Source of the DNA: Azolla caroliniana
Lineage: Eukaryota > Plantae > Polypodiophyta
NCBI GenBank assembly: GCA_043228905.1
Contig: JBHGNT010000001.1
Coordinates: forward strand, 20,770,001 to 20,834,000
DNA: 64,000 nucleotides
Direction of reading: 5' to 3'
Shown here piece after piece: positions 1 through 11,136 of this stretch (the stretch's first letter is position 1; the number at the start of each line of letters is the position of its first letter). The notes beneath the pieces were generated by a model. It did not search any database. It saw only the letters and a program-made list of their open reading frames with translations, and was not told the origin of the DNA. The translations under genes were made by a program, and so were the position numbers.

Positions 1-1738
1 CTAAAACCTACAACAGGGATGCACGGCACACGGAGGTGCTAGAAAAAGAGTACAAGTGCGAAGGCGGGTTGCCGGTCTAGGTGATCTCGCATAGAAGGTC
101 GGAGAGGGATCCTCCACACTAGTTCCGAAGACCTTGGCAGTTTGGCCGCCGTGACAACGTAAGACCAAGGAGAAGGTAGGTGGCGGCGAGGGGACGATGG
201 CGGTGGAGATCGGCTCGGAACGAGAACCGGGACAAGGCGAAGGTCGATGGAGGCCTAGCGGGTCATCACAGGTGCTCCTCGGACAGAGGACACCGCGTAC
301 CCGAAGGGACGAGAAGCGTGCATGCGGTCGAAAGAAGGGCCTACGGGAAGCACGCACACTACCGGATCGCGGCGAATGACCTATCGACGGGTCGAACAAG
401 CCTACGGGTAGGCAAACTTGGAGAAGGAACCAGAGCCGACGGTTTGGACCGGCGAGGCTAACGTGCAGCCAGAATGAGGATTACGGAAGTTCGGTTCCTC
501 ACCGGTCGGAATCTTTCACCCTTCTCCGAACTTGGCACGTACCGGTGGACGTGCGGTTTGGTGGGGGTAGATGTCATGAAGATTCCGGGCCATGGTGAGA
601 AACCTGGGAAAATCGGAAGAATCGGTGGAATGCATCGCGTGCACTCACCCTTGTTAAAATGTGTGAATAAGAGGGGGGCCTTAATGGCGCCGAGTAGGAG
701 TTAATTTGGGACAGAAAATCCCTTGTAAGTCGGGATTTATCCCAAATAGTCACGCGACCCTCACCTTGTTCTATAAAAGGGAGTGCGCGCCCCTTGTAAA
801 AGGGTTCCTCATTTTTGAGGTTCTGTAGGTTCCATTTTTGGTGTTAATAACTTATGAGCATAATGTCTTTCTGTCTTCTTTTCATCTTGGTGTGAGTGTT
901 GTCTCTATTCTCTGTTAGGGTTTCATCTTGGTGTGTGTGTTGTCTCTATTCTCTGTTAGGGTTTTGGTGTCATCTGTGTGGGTGCGTAGGTGGCATATTT
1001 AGTTGTGCTGGGAAACGTGCGGACTGTCTGCACCTTCCCTGAGTTCCTGATTGTTGGTTCTCAGTACTCCACCGTCCGGTACGTCTATGTGTGGGTGTTG
1101 GCTTCCACTGCTTGTGAAGAGCCCACGCACTAGGTGGTTTGTTGGCAGGTTTCCCTCCTTGGCGGGCAGGACCCAACTCAGTTCAGCGAGCCCGTGCGCC
1201 CCCCTGAAGGCGGCTTTGTGTCAGGAGGTGGTCGTTCTGGAAGAGGCATGCCCTACACGAGGGTCCCATTGCACGAACGAGCCTGGGAGCTCCCCGAACG
1301 GCCCTAGGATGTAGGCTCCCTGTTCCTCTTCGTGTGGAACTCGCGTCACAACGAGCATCGCGTGTGTATGTGTGGGTGTGTCTCCGGATAACGTAGGGTC
1401 CGAGAGCGGGTGTGTGCGTGGTTGCCGGTGTAGAGGTTTCGGTTGTAACTAGGTGTGTATATGTGCATGTGTGTGTGCGTGGGCGGGGTTAACCCGACCG
1501 TGTCCCCTGCCTCTTTTTGCCCCCTGTACATACGAGCGAAATCGGGTGGCATGGACGAGGGCGCGCTCTCTCACTTCCCATGGGATTACCGGTTGCGACC
1601 GGAGAGTATCTGGGATCGAACCGGCTGGCAACGCGGCAAGCTCCGAAGGATTCAGGTTCTCGGCAACTCCTCCCCTCCTGGTCCATGACCCCGGTGCTCC
1701 AGCCCATATCCAACATGCAAGCGCGGATTATTGCGACA
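1..1738 (+). mobile_element. 3' end of a Ty3/gypsy element (Trp-primed family): 3' internal region, PPT ~556-571, 3' LTR 572-1738
   Basis: 531-571 (TTGGCACGTACCGGTGGACGTGCGGTTTGGTGGGGGTAGA) matches the pre-LTR/PPT sequence of the elements at 4686-4725 (-) and 29482-29522 (+). It is followed by TGTC at 572 and ends ...TTGCGACA at 1738, where copia gag resumes. Length 1167 bp is similar to sister LTRs; TATA-like CTATAAAAG at 771. Confidence 0.75.
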
Positions 1739-2664
1739 TCGGAAAAATAGGCCACCATGAAGAAGAGTGCCGAAAGAAGAAGCGTGAGTCGGCTTCCACA
1801 AGTCGACAACTCACCAATTACGCCCCCAATTCCGACTATGAAGATCATGGTGGAATGTTTGTAATGAGACATAGAGCAAATTCTATGTTGGCGTCTACTT
1901 CGACTAATGCCTCCAATTCGGAAGATGTATGGTTCGTCGATTCCGGTGCTTCAAACCATATGACATCCCATCAAGAATGGTTCAAAGACCTTCGAGAGCC
2001 GGATCGATCCGGTTATGTCGAGACCGGAGACGACACCACTCGTCCGATTCGGCATGTTGACAATGTCCCTTTCGGGAAAGAAGGTGAACAAACTTGCATA
2101 AAAATGTCTTACATGTACCTACCATAACGAAGAATTTGGTCTCGGTCGGCCAAATTGTGGAGCAAGGGATGCAAGTTTGATTCAACCAAGGAGGTTGCTT
2201 TAATTGAGAAGGAAGGCCAACTAATTGCTCATGGTCGAAGGGAAGGCCGAATGTTTATCCTCGAAACGAACGAGGTAAAATCGGCCATGTTTGCAAAGGG
2301 CCTCAAATCCGACACCGACATAGAGCTATGGCATAAAAGAATCGGCCATATCAATCTCAACAAACTCAAGGTGATGAAATCGAAAGGAGTCGTCATCGGG
2401 CTCCCGATCTTCAAAGAGAAAGAGATTGAAGGAGAATGTGAAGCATGCCAATTCAGCAAGCAACATCGGCACTCGTTCCCGAAGGAGAGGAACATGAGCA
2501 GAGGCCTATTGGGAACAACACAAACGACTATGTTTGGAGGATGTCGGTACTATGTTACCTTCATCGACGACTTCTCTAGATACACATGGATCTTTCCCAT
2601 GAGGATGAAGAGCGAATTGTTTACACAGTTCCAAAATTCAAAAGGGAAGTCAAAAAGACAACTG
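1739..2664 (+). pseudogene. Ty1/copia gag-pol fragment (zinc knuckle, protease, GAG-pre-integrase, integrase N-terminus), frameshifted
   Basis: GKIGHHEEEC knuckle remnant, WFVDSGASNHMT protease motif, LWHKRIGH..CEAC, YYVTFIDDFSRYTW; same family as the elements at 38326-44220 and 55294-61015. Confidence 0.9.
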
Positions 2665-3575
2665 GCCGTGGAGGAACGTCGTCTTCACGTCTAACTGCTC
2701 TACCTCGAGGTCCATGCTTGCAACTATGCTCAACACCGTCCGGATGGAAGTCATCTTTACTACTGGGGAAAATATCTCGAAGTCCACGCCCTTCTTCTGT
2801 TGGAACCCCTTCACCACGATCCTGGCTTTGTATCTCGGGGGGTTGCCGGCATCTCCCGATTTCAACTTGTACACCCACTTGTTTCGGAGTGCCCTCTTTC
2901 CTTTCAGAAACTACACCAATTCATACGTGTGGTTCTCATGCAAGGAATCCATCTCGTCCTGCATGGCACTCAACCACTTGCGGCTATGGGTGTCATCCTT
3001 CGCTTCTTCGAAGCTTTCCGGCTCCCCCTCATCGGTCAGCAACACATGCTCTTCATCCGGAAATCTCCGGGGGGCTCTTCTTTCCCGGAGAGGATATCTC
3101 CGTCCTCGGTTTTCGGTAACCAGCTCCTATGTCTGTTCTTCATCCGAATCTGATGCCAGGTCGTTTGGTTCCAGTTTCAGCTTCCTCTTCTTCTTCTGCC
3201 GGTTTGGTATCCTCACCGTAACCGGCCAGTTCTTCGATTGTCAACCGGCTCTTAGCCGGGTAGGTCCGAATCTCATTGATCCGATCCTTACCGGTCGACT
3301 CAGAGTTCATTATCTTCTTCTCTGACTCCTAGTCGGCAAGGGTCTTATCCTCCATGAAGATAATATCTCGACTCTAGAACACCTTCTTGTCGATGGGGTC
3401 CCACACTTGGTCATCTATGAACGTCACGTGACTTCGTGTCCACTTGACACACATCGGTATGCACCAGCTCCAGTGGTATATTCTGTCTCATCGGTGGCCT
3501 TGATCGGAAGCAGATCCAGTTTTGCTTACCGGCCAGGTAGTCGGTGCACCTCTCAAGATGCACGTCATTCACCGG

Positions 3576-4685
3576 TGTCGTGAAGATCCGTCACTACGCG
3601 CGGATCGTGAGGCGGAACCGCCGGGGTTCTGGACCGGAAGGGTTCAAAGTTGGTACAAGCTTTGGCGCAAGCTTTAGCGAGAAAGTACTTAGATAGATTG
3701 GGAAAGAGAGAAGTTGAGATTACACGATTGAGAGAGATTGATTGAACTTTTAACTTTAGATTTAAGAAACAAGTTACACGATCAATTTGATAACGAATTT
3801 CTTCTTCTTAATTTCATAAAAAAAACCGCGTTTTTCTCCTCCCCCTTCCTTCTTTTATAGATGCTCTCATGCATATGATGCATGTGAGGGTACAAGACAT
3901 GCATAAATTGCATGCTTGCCATTTGGCGCTTATGTATTACATGTGGTGCATGATAACCATGTCACTCATTTTAGCTCTCATGTATGAGAATTTACACATA
4001 AAAGTACAAGTACAATGATAGAAATATAAATTCAACTAAATGGCATTGCTTAATGGTAAGCCAATTGAATCCTAACTCGGAGGTGCAAGGTTCGAATCCT
4101 TACTTGCCCTCCTTGTATATGTATATATATTTATATATTTATTTATCTAGTCATCGGACGCCGGTTCGCCGGATGCCGTCGGTTACCGGTGCCTCGCTGG
4201 ATGCCGTCACCTCGTCGCCGTCGGATGCTAGTGTCTCACTGGCGCCGGATGCCGTCACCTCACCGGCGTTGGATGCTGTCGGTTACCGTTCACCGGTCCG
4301 GTTTTGGTTGGCCAAAACCATTTACGAGTAGCTAGCCCACCTCCACTCTTAGTTCAAGTTACCTTGAACTCTCTATGCTCCACACATAGACACAAAGATA
4401 ATATCTTTTGCTCTACCTTATATATGATGAGAGCCGTATTTGTCGTGCCTATGTGGGATATCTCACAATTTTCTCTTTTCTTTTCACAAACTTTATACCC
4501 TCATATCTTGACATTTAGTTGTCCGTTTCTCGTGTAATAAAGTGCATTCGAAACCTCCATCATTTTGTACTTAGATATTAAATTTATTTAAAATGTTATC
4601 TTCACAATTATTGTATTATGTGATTCATACTCGATTTTGTACGTTTTATGGGATTTTTACACTATTGTCGAAAATCTTCACAACA
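3576..4685 (-). repeat. 3' LTR of the gypsy element 3576-9773
   Basis: Direct repeat of 8638-9773, TG...CA termini, PPT adjacent. Confidence 0.95.
4042..4108 (+). ncRNA. tRNA-derived Pol III promoter-like sequence inside LTR (not a functional tRNA)
   Basis: A-box-like TTGCTTAATGG (4046-4056), perfect B box GGTTCGAATCC (4089-4099) in AAGG/CCTT T-stem, GGCA/TGCC ends; tRNA-like spacing. Confidence 0.7.
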
Positions 4686-4757
4686 TCCACCCCCATCAAA
4701 CCGCACGTCCTCCGGTACGTGCCAAGAAGAGAGAAAGTGAGATTTCGGCTACGGTGA

Positions 4758-6419
4758 TCAATTAGATTCCTCCATGTCTTCATTTACATCTGCCCTATTA
4801 TGTTCATCGTCGAGGTAATCGAGGTCAGGATCCTTGTCTTGTGTTTTCTTGAAAATCTTTACTCTTTTTCCCGCAATGGGTACGGCCAACCTTGATTCGT
4901 CTAGTTCTGCAAGGTGGTATGTGGCATTATCATTGGCACTTGTCACCACATACGGCCCGAACCATCTTCTTTTGAACTTCCTTGTTGTACTGTGTTGATT
5001 GTCAAGGGTGCTGTCATAAACCAAAACCCAATCCCCTTCTTCAATCTTCTTGGGACGAAGTCGATGCGTGTTGTCGAACCGAACTTTGTTCTTTACTCGG
5101 GCTGCCTCCATCATCTTTCGTGCTTTTTCTAAATCTTCAGGTCTTCTTTCAAGTTGCCTTATCCGCGCCGCTAATAACTCTTCGTGGCTCATCACGTTCT
5201 CCCACGGTATCGCTACCCATGAGGCGATCGTCCTTTCGATGGGCATAATCGGCTTTTGTCCATACATAAGCTCCGTCGGCATATACCCTGTCACCGAGCT
5301 ATGTGTCGTTCTATCAGCCCACAAGGCATAGGGTAATAGTCGTGGACAATTCCCGACTTGACCGTTGCATGCCCGTACGATGGCTTTAACGATAGGTCCA
5401 TGCCCTCGCTCGATCTTCCCATTCGCTTCTGGATTGTGGGCAGTCGTGAGGGAGAGCTTCACACCTAGTCTTTCGAAGAGCTCCGTCGCTTCATGCGCGT
5501 CCAACTCCCCTCGGTTGGCCACTATCTTCCCTACACATCCATATCGGCAAACAACCTCTTCAAGCAGAAATTTGCAAACGGCTAAAGTCGTCTTATTTGT
5601 CAAGGCTCGTCCTTCCACTTGATTTGTCAAGTCTTCCCTTGCCAGCATTAAGTACTTCATTTGTCCTACTCCCATTGGCATCGAGACCAGATCCACCATC
5701 CATTTGAAGTGTATGGTGAGTGGGTATGTCGGCTGTAACTCATCATGATGACGTATATTGGAATATATTTGGTTAGTTTCGCATGTGGACACGAAATGGA
5801 GTACATCTTTGTACATGCTTGGCCACCAATACTTCTCCTTCAACTTTTCGAACGTTGCCCATGTTCCTCTATGACCTGCCCAAGCACTCTCGTGGAATTC
5901 GGTCATCAACGTCTCTTGCTCTTCTTTCTTTACCACCACTCGACGTGGTATTCCTGTCCTTCTTTTTGGATGTCGCCAAAGGAATCCTCCCTTCAACAAG
6001 TATCGGTAAGCTTTCTTTCGGATTCGTAGGGCCTCCTCCTTTGTCAACGAAGCATTTGTCGTCAATGTTCTTAGGAATCTACTAATGAGTAACCACTCTC
6101 CTTCGTACTCGTTCTCGTTGAAGGCGTGGAGGGTTTGCGTGTCCTGGTCTTCTGCCGACAATCGAGCCATCTTGAAGAAGTCAAGGGCGACATCTTCATC
6201 TTCTGAAACCATGTTACTTCCATTTGAAAATCTTGCCCTCGATAGCATGTCAGCCATGGTGTTCTTCTTCCCTGCAATGTGACGGATCTCTGGGTTTAAA
6301 GACTTGATGTAGGCGATCCACCTTAGCATAGCAAGATCTGGGGTCGCACATCCCGAGACCATTCCGAGAATTGGGAGACAATCTGTTTCTATTATCACTT
6401 CTGACCCGATTCCTTTCAT
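4758..6419 (-). CDS. RNase H C-terminal remnant plus intact Ty3/gypsy integrase (553 aa ORF created by the deletion)
   Basis: FHESAWAGHRG..C zinc-finger region, WMVDLV, HNPEANGKIERGHG catalytic core, RRWFGPYVV GPY/F motif; uninterrupted ORF. Confidence 0.85.
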   Translation of the reverse strand: MKGIGSEVIIETDCLPILGMVSGCATPDLAMLRWIAYIKSLNPEIRHIAGKKNTMADMLSRARFSNGSNMVSEDEDVALDFFKMARLSAEDQDTQTLHAFNENEYEGEWLLISRFLRTLTTNASLTKEEALRIRKKAYRYLLKGGFLWRHPKRRTGIPRRVVVKKEEQETLMTEFHESAWAGHRGTWATFEKLKEKYWWPSMYKDVLHFVSTCETNQIYSNIRHHDELQPTYPLTIHFKWMVDLVSMPMGVGQMKYLMLAREDLTNQVEGRALTNKTTLAVCKFLLEEVVCRYGCVGKIVANRGELDAHEATELFERLGVKLSLTTAHNPEANGKIERGHGPIVKAIVRACNGQVGNCPRLLPYALWADRTTHSSVTGYMPTELMYGQKPIMPIERTIASWVAIPWENVMSHEELLAARIRQLERRPEDLEKARKMMEAARVKNKVRFDNTHRLRPKKIEEGDWVLVYDSTLDNQHSTTRKFKRRWFGPYVVTSANDNATYHLAELDESRLAVPIAGKRVKIFKKTQDKDPDLDYLDDEHNRADVNEDMEESN

Positions 6420-8576
6420 GATTGGCTCGCACCGTTAGGAATTGGACCGATCTTTGGTTGTCAAGAATCTTTATTCGTGTGAAGGCTGCTCCATTATCGA
6501 ACACTTTGGTCTCCATCCGAGATGATGTGATATAAGGTTGCCCTAGTATGACAGGATGCGACGCCGATTCTTGTACGAAGAAGTGTTGATCCATCTCCAC
6601 ATCCCTGATTGTGACTTTGATATTGGGACAAGCTCCGTACAAGTCCTCCGTAGACTTTGTTGCCGCGCGAATCTTCCATCCGTGGTTTGTATTGATTGGC
6701 CATCTTCCTTTTTTGTAGAAGTCGGTTGACATGAGGTTGATCTCCGAGCCATGGTCGATCAAGGCTACCACGGTCTCTTTCTTCTCCCCGATCTTCACTG
6801 GCGTCTCCGTTGTCGCTTGTGCCCAATGAGGTCGAGTATAGTGGCTGTCCACCATATTTCATCGACTTCGTCTCTTGCCATCGTTATGGCATTCGTTTTT
6901 GCTTTTTGCGGCTTCTCTTCTTCCTCGTCCGATTGTTGTCTCTTTCTCTTTACAAGGTCCATGATCGTGTCATGGAACTCCTTCTTCGTAATGCCAAGCA
7001 ATTCCCTCAAGGACAAAGTTACGTGGCTATCAAGAACTCGTTCTTCGAGAATCTTCTTTAGGTCCATCGTCTGCTCTATGTCCGACCTTAGCTTATAGGT
7101 AGGTATAGTCCTTGTCCTCCGAGCGGGGTCTTCGACACCAACCTTCATGGGCCGAACCATTTCTTCAACTCGTATGCTCGGCTCCCCTTTTCGGCTTGAT
7201 TCTCGTTCCTCCATTTGTAAAGGCCGACTCGTCTCCGCATCGTCCTTCTTTTTCGCATTCCTTGTTTCATGTCTTTTTAATGGGCCTTGCTCTTCTATTC
7301 TCTTTCTCTTTTCTTCGACGAACACCTCGTGGTTGTCGCACATCACCTCTGCGAGTATGGTGTTGTTGTCCAACGGATCCGACCACCCGGTTATGCTTTG
7401 CACACTTCGGTCCGCAAGCTCTACCTCGTTCGATGTGACTTTTCCGTTCTTCTCATATTCAAGAACGGAAGTCCAAAACTTTGCTCCCGCTCTAGCAGCT
7501 TCAGTCTTGTCTTTCCCGACTCTTATTCCGGCCGACGCAACATAGTGCATCGCATCCACATGAGTTGCATCGACATCCTCCATAGATTTCTTCATTCCTC
7601 CTCTTCCGAAATTCACCCGTAGGGGTCTTCTAGTCTTGCTTGAGCAGATCATGTTGTCCTCTATGTATACGATATTTTGTCGAATCGCCTCTCGAAGGCT
7701 CGCACAATCCCTTCTCATGTGGTCCATGCTATCGCACCACACGCATCTAAAAGGTTCTTTTCCTTTAGGGCCCCGACGATTCATGTTGGCTAGCGTGACC
7801 TTCTCAAACTTCTTCGCTAGCTCTTCAATGATGTCTTCATCAATCTTCTTTTCTTCCACGTTACTTTGTCTTGGTGGCTCAGCTACTTTCGGTGGTCTTG
7901 CTTTCTCCGTGGTAGTCGGTCCCGTCAAGTCGGTGTCATCAACCCATTGGCGACGCTTGTCGAGCCTATTGCATGCCCGCTTCATCGCGATCCAGTCCGC
8001 TACGAGCCCATTTGCTTGGGTATCATCTTCGAGAAGAGTCCCCAACTCCCATCTATCCTTTATGTCCACCGCCTTCAAGGAGTACAAAGTCTTGTCCTCA
8101 TCAAGCAACACTTGGTCCGTATTGGGGAGACGACTAAACATCTGGTCGAATTCGTCGTACACCCTCAAGACGCTCGTCTTCTTATTCTTCTTCTCTATCC
8201 ACTTCATCAGGGCATGTCAAGTCATCCTCTTTGAGTCTTCTGTCACGAACTCTGCTTGTATCATTTTCTCGAACTCGGACCGTGTTGTCTTACCTTCTTG
8301 AAGCTCGATGACTTGTCTTTGGATGTTGTTGGCGACAACTCTCTTGAGGCTTACGATTTGACGTGCCTCGAACACGTCCCTTTGATTCATCTCCCTTCTA
8401 TATGCATCAAGGAACTTCATAACATTCCTTCCATCGAATTGGCCCTCGAGCTCTACGACACGATCGACAGCCTTCTCCACGCTCGCGTCGTTGTCCTGAG
8501 ATCTCATCATTTGCTCGACGATTAGCATCATCCTTTCGAGCTCTCCCGCTTGGTTGCTTGAGGACGCCTTCTCCAA
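6410..8576 (-). pseudogene. gag-protease ORF of the gypsy element (one stop near 8217, one frameshift near 6855)
   Basis: FDGRNVMKFL gag N-terminus, CVWCDSMDHMRRDC knuckle, ALIDHGSEINLM aspartic protease, ILGQPY. Confidence 0.85.
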
Positions 8577-8611
8577 GTATTAATCTTGACTTGATCCTTC
8601 CTACCGCCTCT

Positions 8612-8629
8612 TTCACGTCAGGTTCACCA
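8612..8629 (-). promoter_or_regulatory. Primer-binding site complementary to tRNA-Trp 3' end
   Basis: Minus strand TGGTGAACCTGACGTGAA, 8 nt inside the 5' LTR; matches the complement of the plant tRNA-Trp 3' end (TTCACGTCGGGTTCACCA, from memory) with one mismatch. Confidence 0.8.
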
Positions 8630-8637
8630 CTTAATTA

Positions 8638-9773
8638 TGTCGTGAAGATCCGTCACTACGCGCGGATCGTGAGGCGGAATCACCGGGGTTCTGGACCGGA
8701 AGGATTCAAAGTTGGTACAAGCTTTGGCGCAAGCTTTAGCGAGAAAGTACTTAAGATAGATTGGGAAAGAGAGAAGTTGAGATTACATGATTGAGAGAGA
8801 TTGATTGAACTTTTAACTTTAGATTTAAGAAACAAGTTACACGATCAATTTGATAACGAATTTCTTCTTCTTAATTTCATAAAAAAAACCGCGTTTTTCT
8901 CCTCCCCCTTCCTTCTTTTATAGATGCTCTCATGCATATGATGCATGTGAGGGTACAAGACATGCATAAAATGCATGCTTGCCATTTGGCGCTTATGTAT
9001 TACATGTGGTGCATGATAACCATGTCACTCATTTTAGCTCTCATGTATGAGAATTTACACGTAAAAGTACAATGATAGAAATATAAATTCAACTAAATGG
9101 CATTGCTTAATGGTAGGCCAATTGACTCCTAACTCGGAGGTGCAAGGTTCGAATCCTTACTTGCCCTCCTTACTTGCCCTCCTAACTCGGACGCCGGTTC
9201 GCAGGATGCTGGATGCCGCCGGTCGTCGTCGGATGCCAGTGTCTCACTGGCGCCGTATGCCGTCGGATGCCGTCAACTCAACGGCGTCGGATGCCGTCAG
9301 TTACCGTTGCCGTCGCCGGATTGCCGTCGGATGCCGGTGTCTCACTGGCGCCTGATGCCGCCGGATCACCGGTTCCATCGCCGGTCCGGTTTTGGTTGGC
9401 CAAAACCATTTACGAGTAGCTAGCCCACCTCCACTCTTAGTTCAAGTTACCTTGAACTCTCTATGCTCCGCACATAGACACAAAGATAATATCTTTTGGT
9501 CTACCTTATATATGATGAGAGCCGTATTTGTCGTGCCTATGTGGGATATCTCACAATTTTCTCTTTTCCTTTCACAAACTTTATACCCTCATATCTTGAC
9601 ATTTAATTGTCCGTTTCTCGTGTAATAAAGTGCATTCGAAACCTCCATCATTTTGTACTTAGATATTAAATTTATTTAAAATGTTATCTTCACAATTATT
9701 GTATTATGTGATTCATACTCGATTTTGTATGTTTTATGGGATTTTTACACTATTGCCGAAAATCTTCACGACA
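8638..9773 (-). repeat. 5' LTR of the gypsy element 3576-9773
   Basis: Direct repeat of 3576-4685, PBS adjacent. Confidence 0.95.
9099..9165 (+). ncRNA. tRNA-derived Pol III promoter-like sequence inside LTR (second copy)
   Basis: TTGCTTAATGG A box, GGTTCGAATCC B box (9146-9156), anticodon-loop-like CTCCTAA (Arg-CCT-like). Confidence 0.7.
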
Positions 9774-11136
9774 CCGGAATGAGGTTTTCATCGGCAAGCC
9801 TCCTCATCCCCTTCTCGCTCATGTGACACAGTGTCTTGTGCCACAGCTCACCGGTAGTGTCGGATGCCACGTTCACATCTTTCCGGCATAACCGGGCATT
9901 CATTAGGTACAGAGTGTTGACTATTAGGCTCCCTTTGCTGAACTTCATGACTCCGTTCCAGATGCTACCCGTGTAGCCTTCATTGTCTAGCCGACCGGCT
10001 AATATTAGGTTGAGTCGAACCTCCGGAACGTGTCGAACATCCTTCAGGAGCAGCTTGCATCCGGTTGGTGTTGTCAACCACACGTCTCTTATGCCGACAA
10101 TTCGGCATGTACCTTTATTTCCCATCCAGACACAGCCGTGATCACCAACTATGTAGGATGAGAAGCATTTCCGGTCTAGGGTAAGGTGGAATGACGCTCC
10201 GGAATTGACAACCCACGTTGTCTCATTGCCGGCAAGGTTCAACTCACTCTCCTCGGTGATAAGCATCAACTCTTCTTCACTTGCCGCGATTGTCGTTGTT
10301 CCCTTCCGGTCCGGTCCCCTCCGGTCTTTACCGTTTCGGTTCGGTGACCGCTTCAAATCGGTACTATCGGTTTCCTTGTCTTTTCCGAAGTGCCGACAGT
10401 TCTTTTGGAAGTGTCCCGGTTTGCCGCAATAGAAGCAAGTAGGGCTCCCCCTTGACTTTGACCGTGTCCCCGACTTTTTCCGGTTTTGGGGACTACGATT
10501 CCTTTGTCTTCCGCGTTCCAATTTGGTAAGGAGCGCTTTGGAGTCGGAGCTCGCGCCTCCTCATCTAGCAAGCTCGACTTGACTCTTGCTAGGGATAATT
10601 GTTTTCCTTCCGGCCCGACATTGCCCAAAGTGACAACCAACGTCTCCCAGCTATCTGGGAGGGAACCGAGCAGGAGTTAGTACCTCATCGACAAGAGGTA
10701 CTTCCAACGATGTTGCTTGGTGAATCAGCCCGTGGACGGCATTCATGTGCTCTGCCATGCTGGAGCCATCTTGGTATCGGAGTCTTACTAGCTTCCGGAA
10801 TACCGAAACCCGATTAACAACAATTTTCTTCTGAAACATAATGTCGATCTTCTCCCAAAGCTCATGAACCTTGCTCTCCTCATTAAAGTTGTTGTACAGG
10901 CTCATGTCGATGAAACATCGGATGTATGCTGTTGTCTTCATGTGCATTACCTCCCATACCGTGGCGTCGATCTTATCCGGTCTCTTGTCCTTGAAATGAA
11001 CCGGCAACCAAAGATCTTTAACCACGAGCATGTCCCTCATCTTCGACTTCCACACTGAGTAGTTGGAGCCGGTGAGCTTGAACATGCCTCCCAACGAATC
11101 TTCCATTTTCTGTATCGTTTTGCTCTGATACCAGAT

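Larger units (their letters stand above)
3576..9773 (-). mobile_element. Ty3/gypsy LTR retrotransposon with internal deletion of RT and most of RNase H; 4-bp TSD CCGG
   Basis: Paired LTRs, 12-bp terminal inverted repeat TGTCGTGAAGAT...ATCTTCACGACA, CCGG at 3572-3575 and 9774-9777, PBS-Trp, PPT 4686-4702, gag/CCHC/protease/integrase ORFs. Confidence 0.95.

Noticed and set aside
1-461. Short GC-rich ORFs on both strands
   Set aside because: No recognisable domain; lie in the gypsy 3' internal region
1341-1354. GCGTCACA|ACGA as an extra LTR end with another NCGN site
   Set aside because: Family end motif, TGTC/GACA termini and LTR length all favour 1738 as the end; not counted in the target-site tally
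4042-4108. Genuine tRNA genes (also 9099-9165 and 36413-36484)
   Set aside because: Acceptor and anticodon stems are incomplete; treated as tRNA-derived promoter-like sequences
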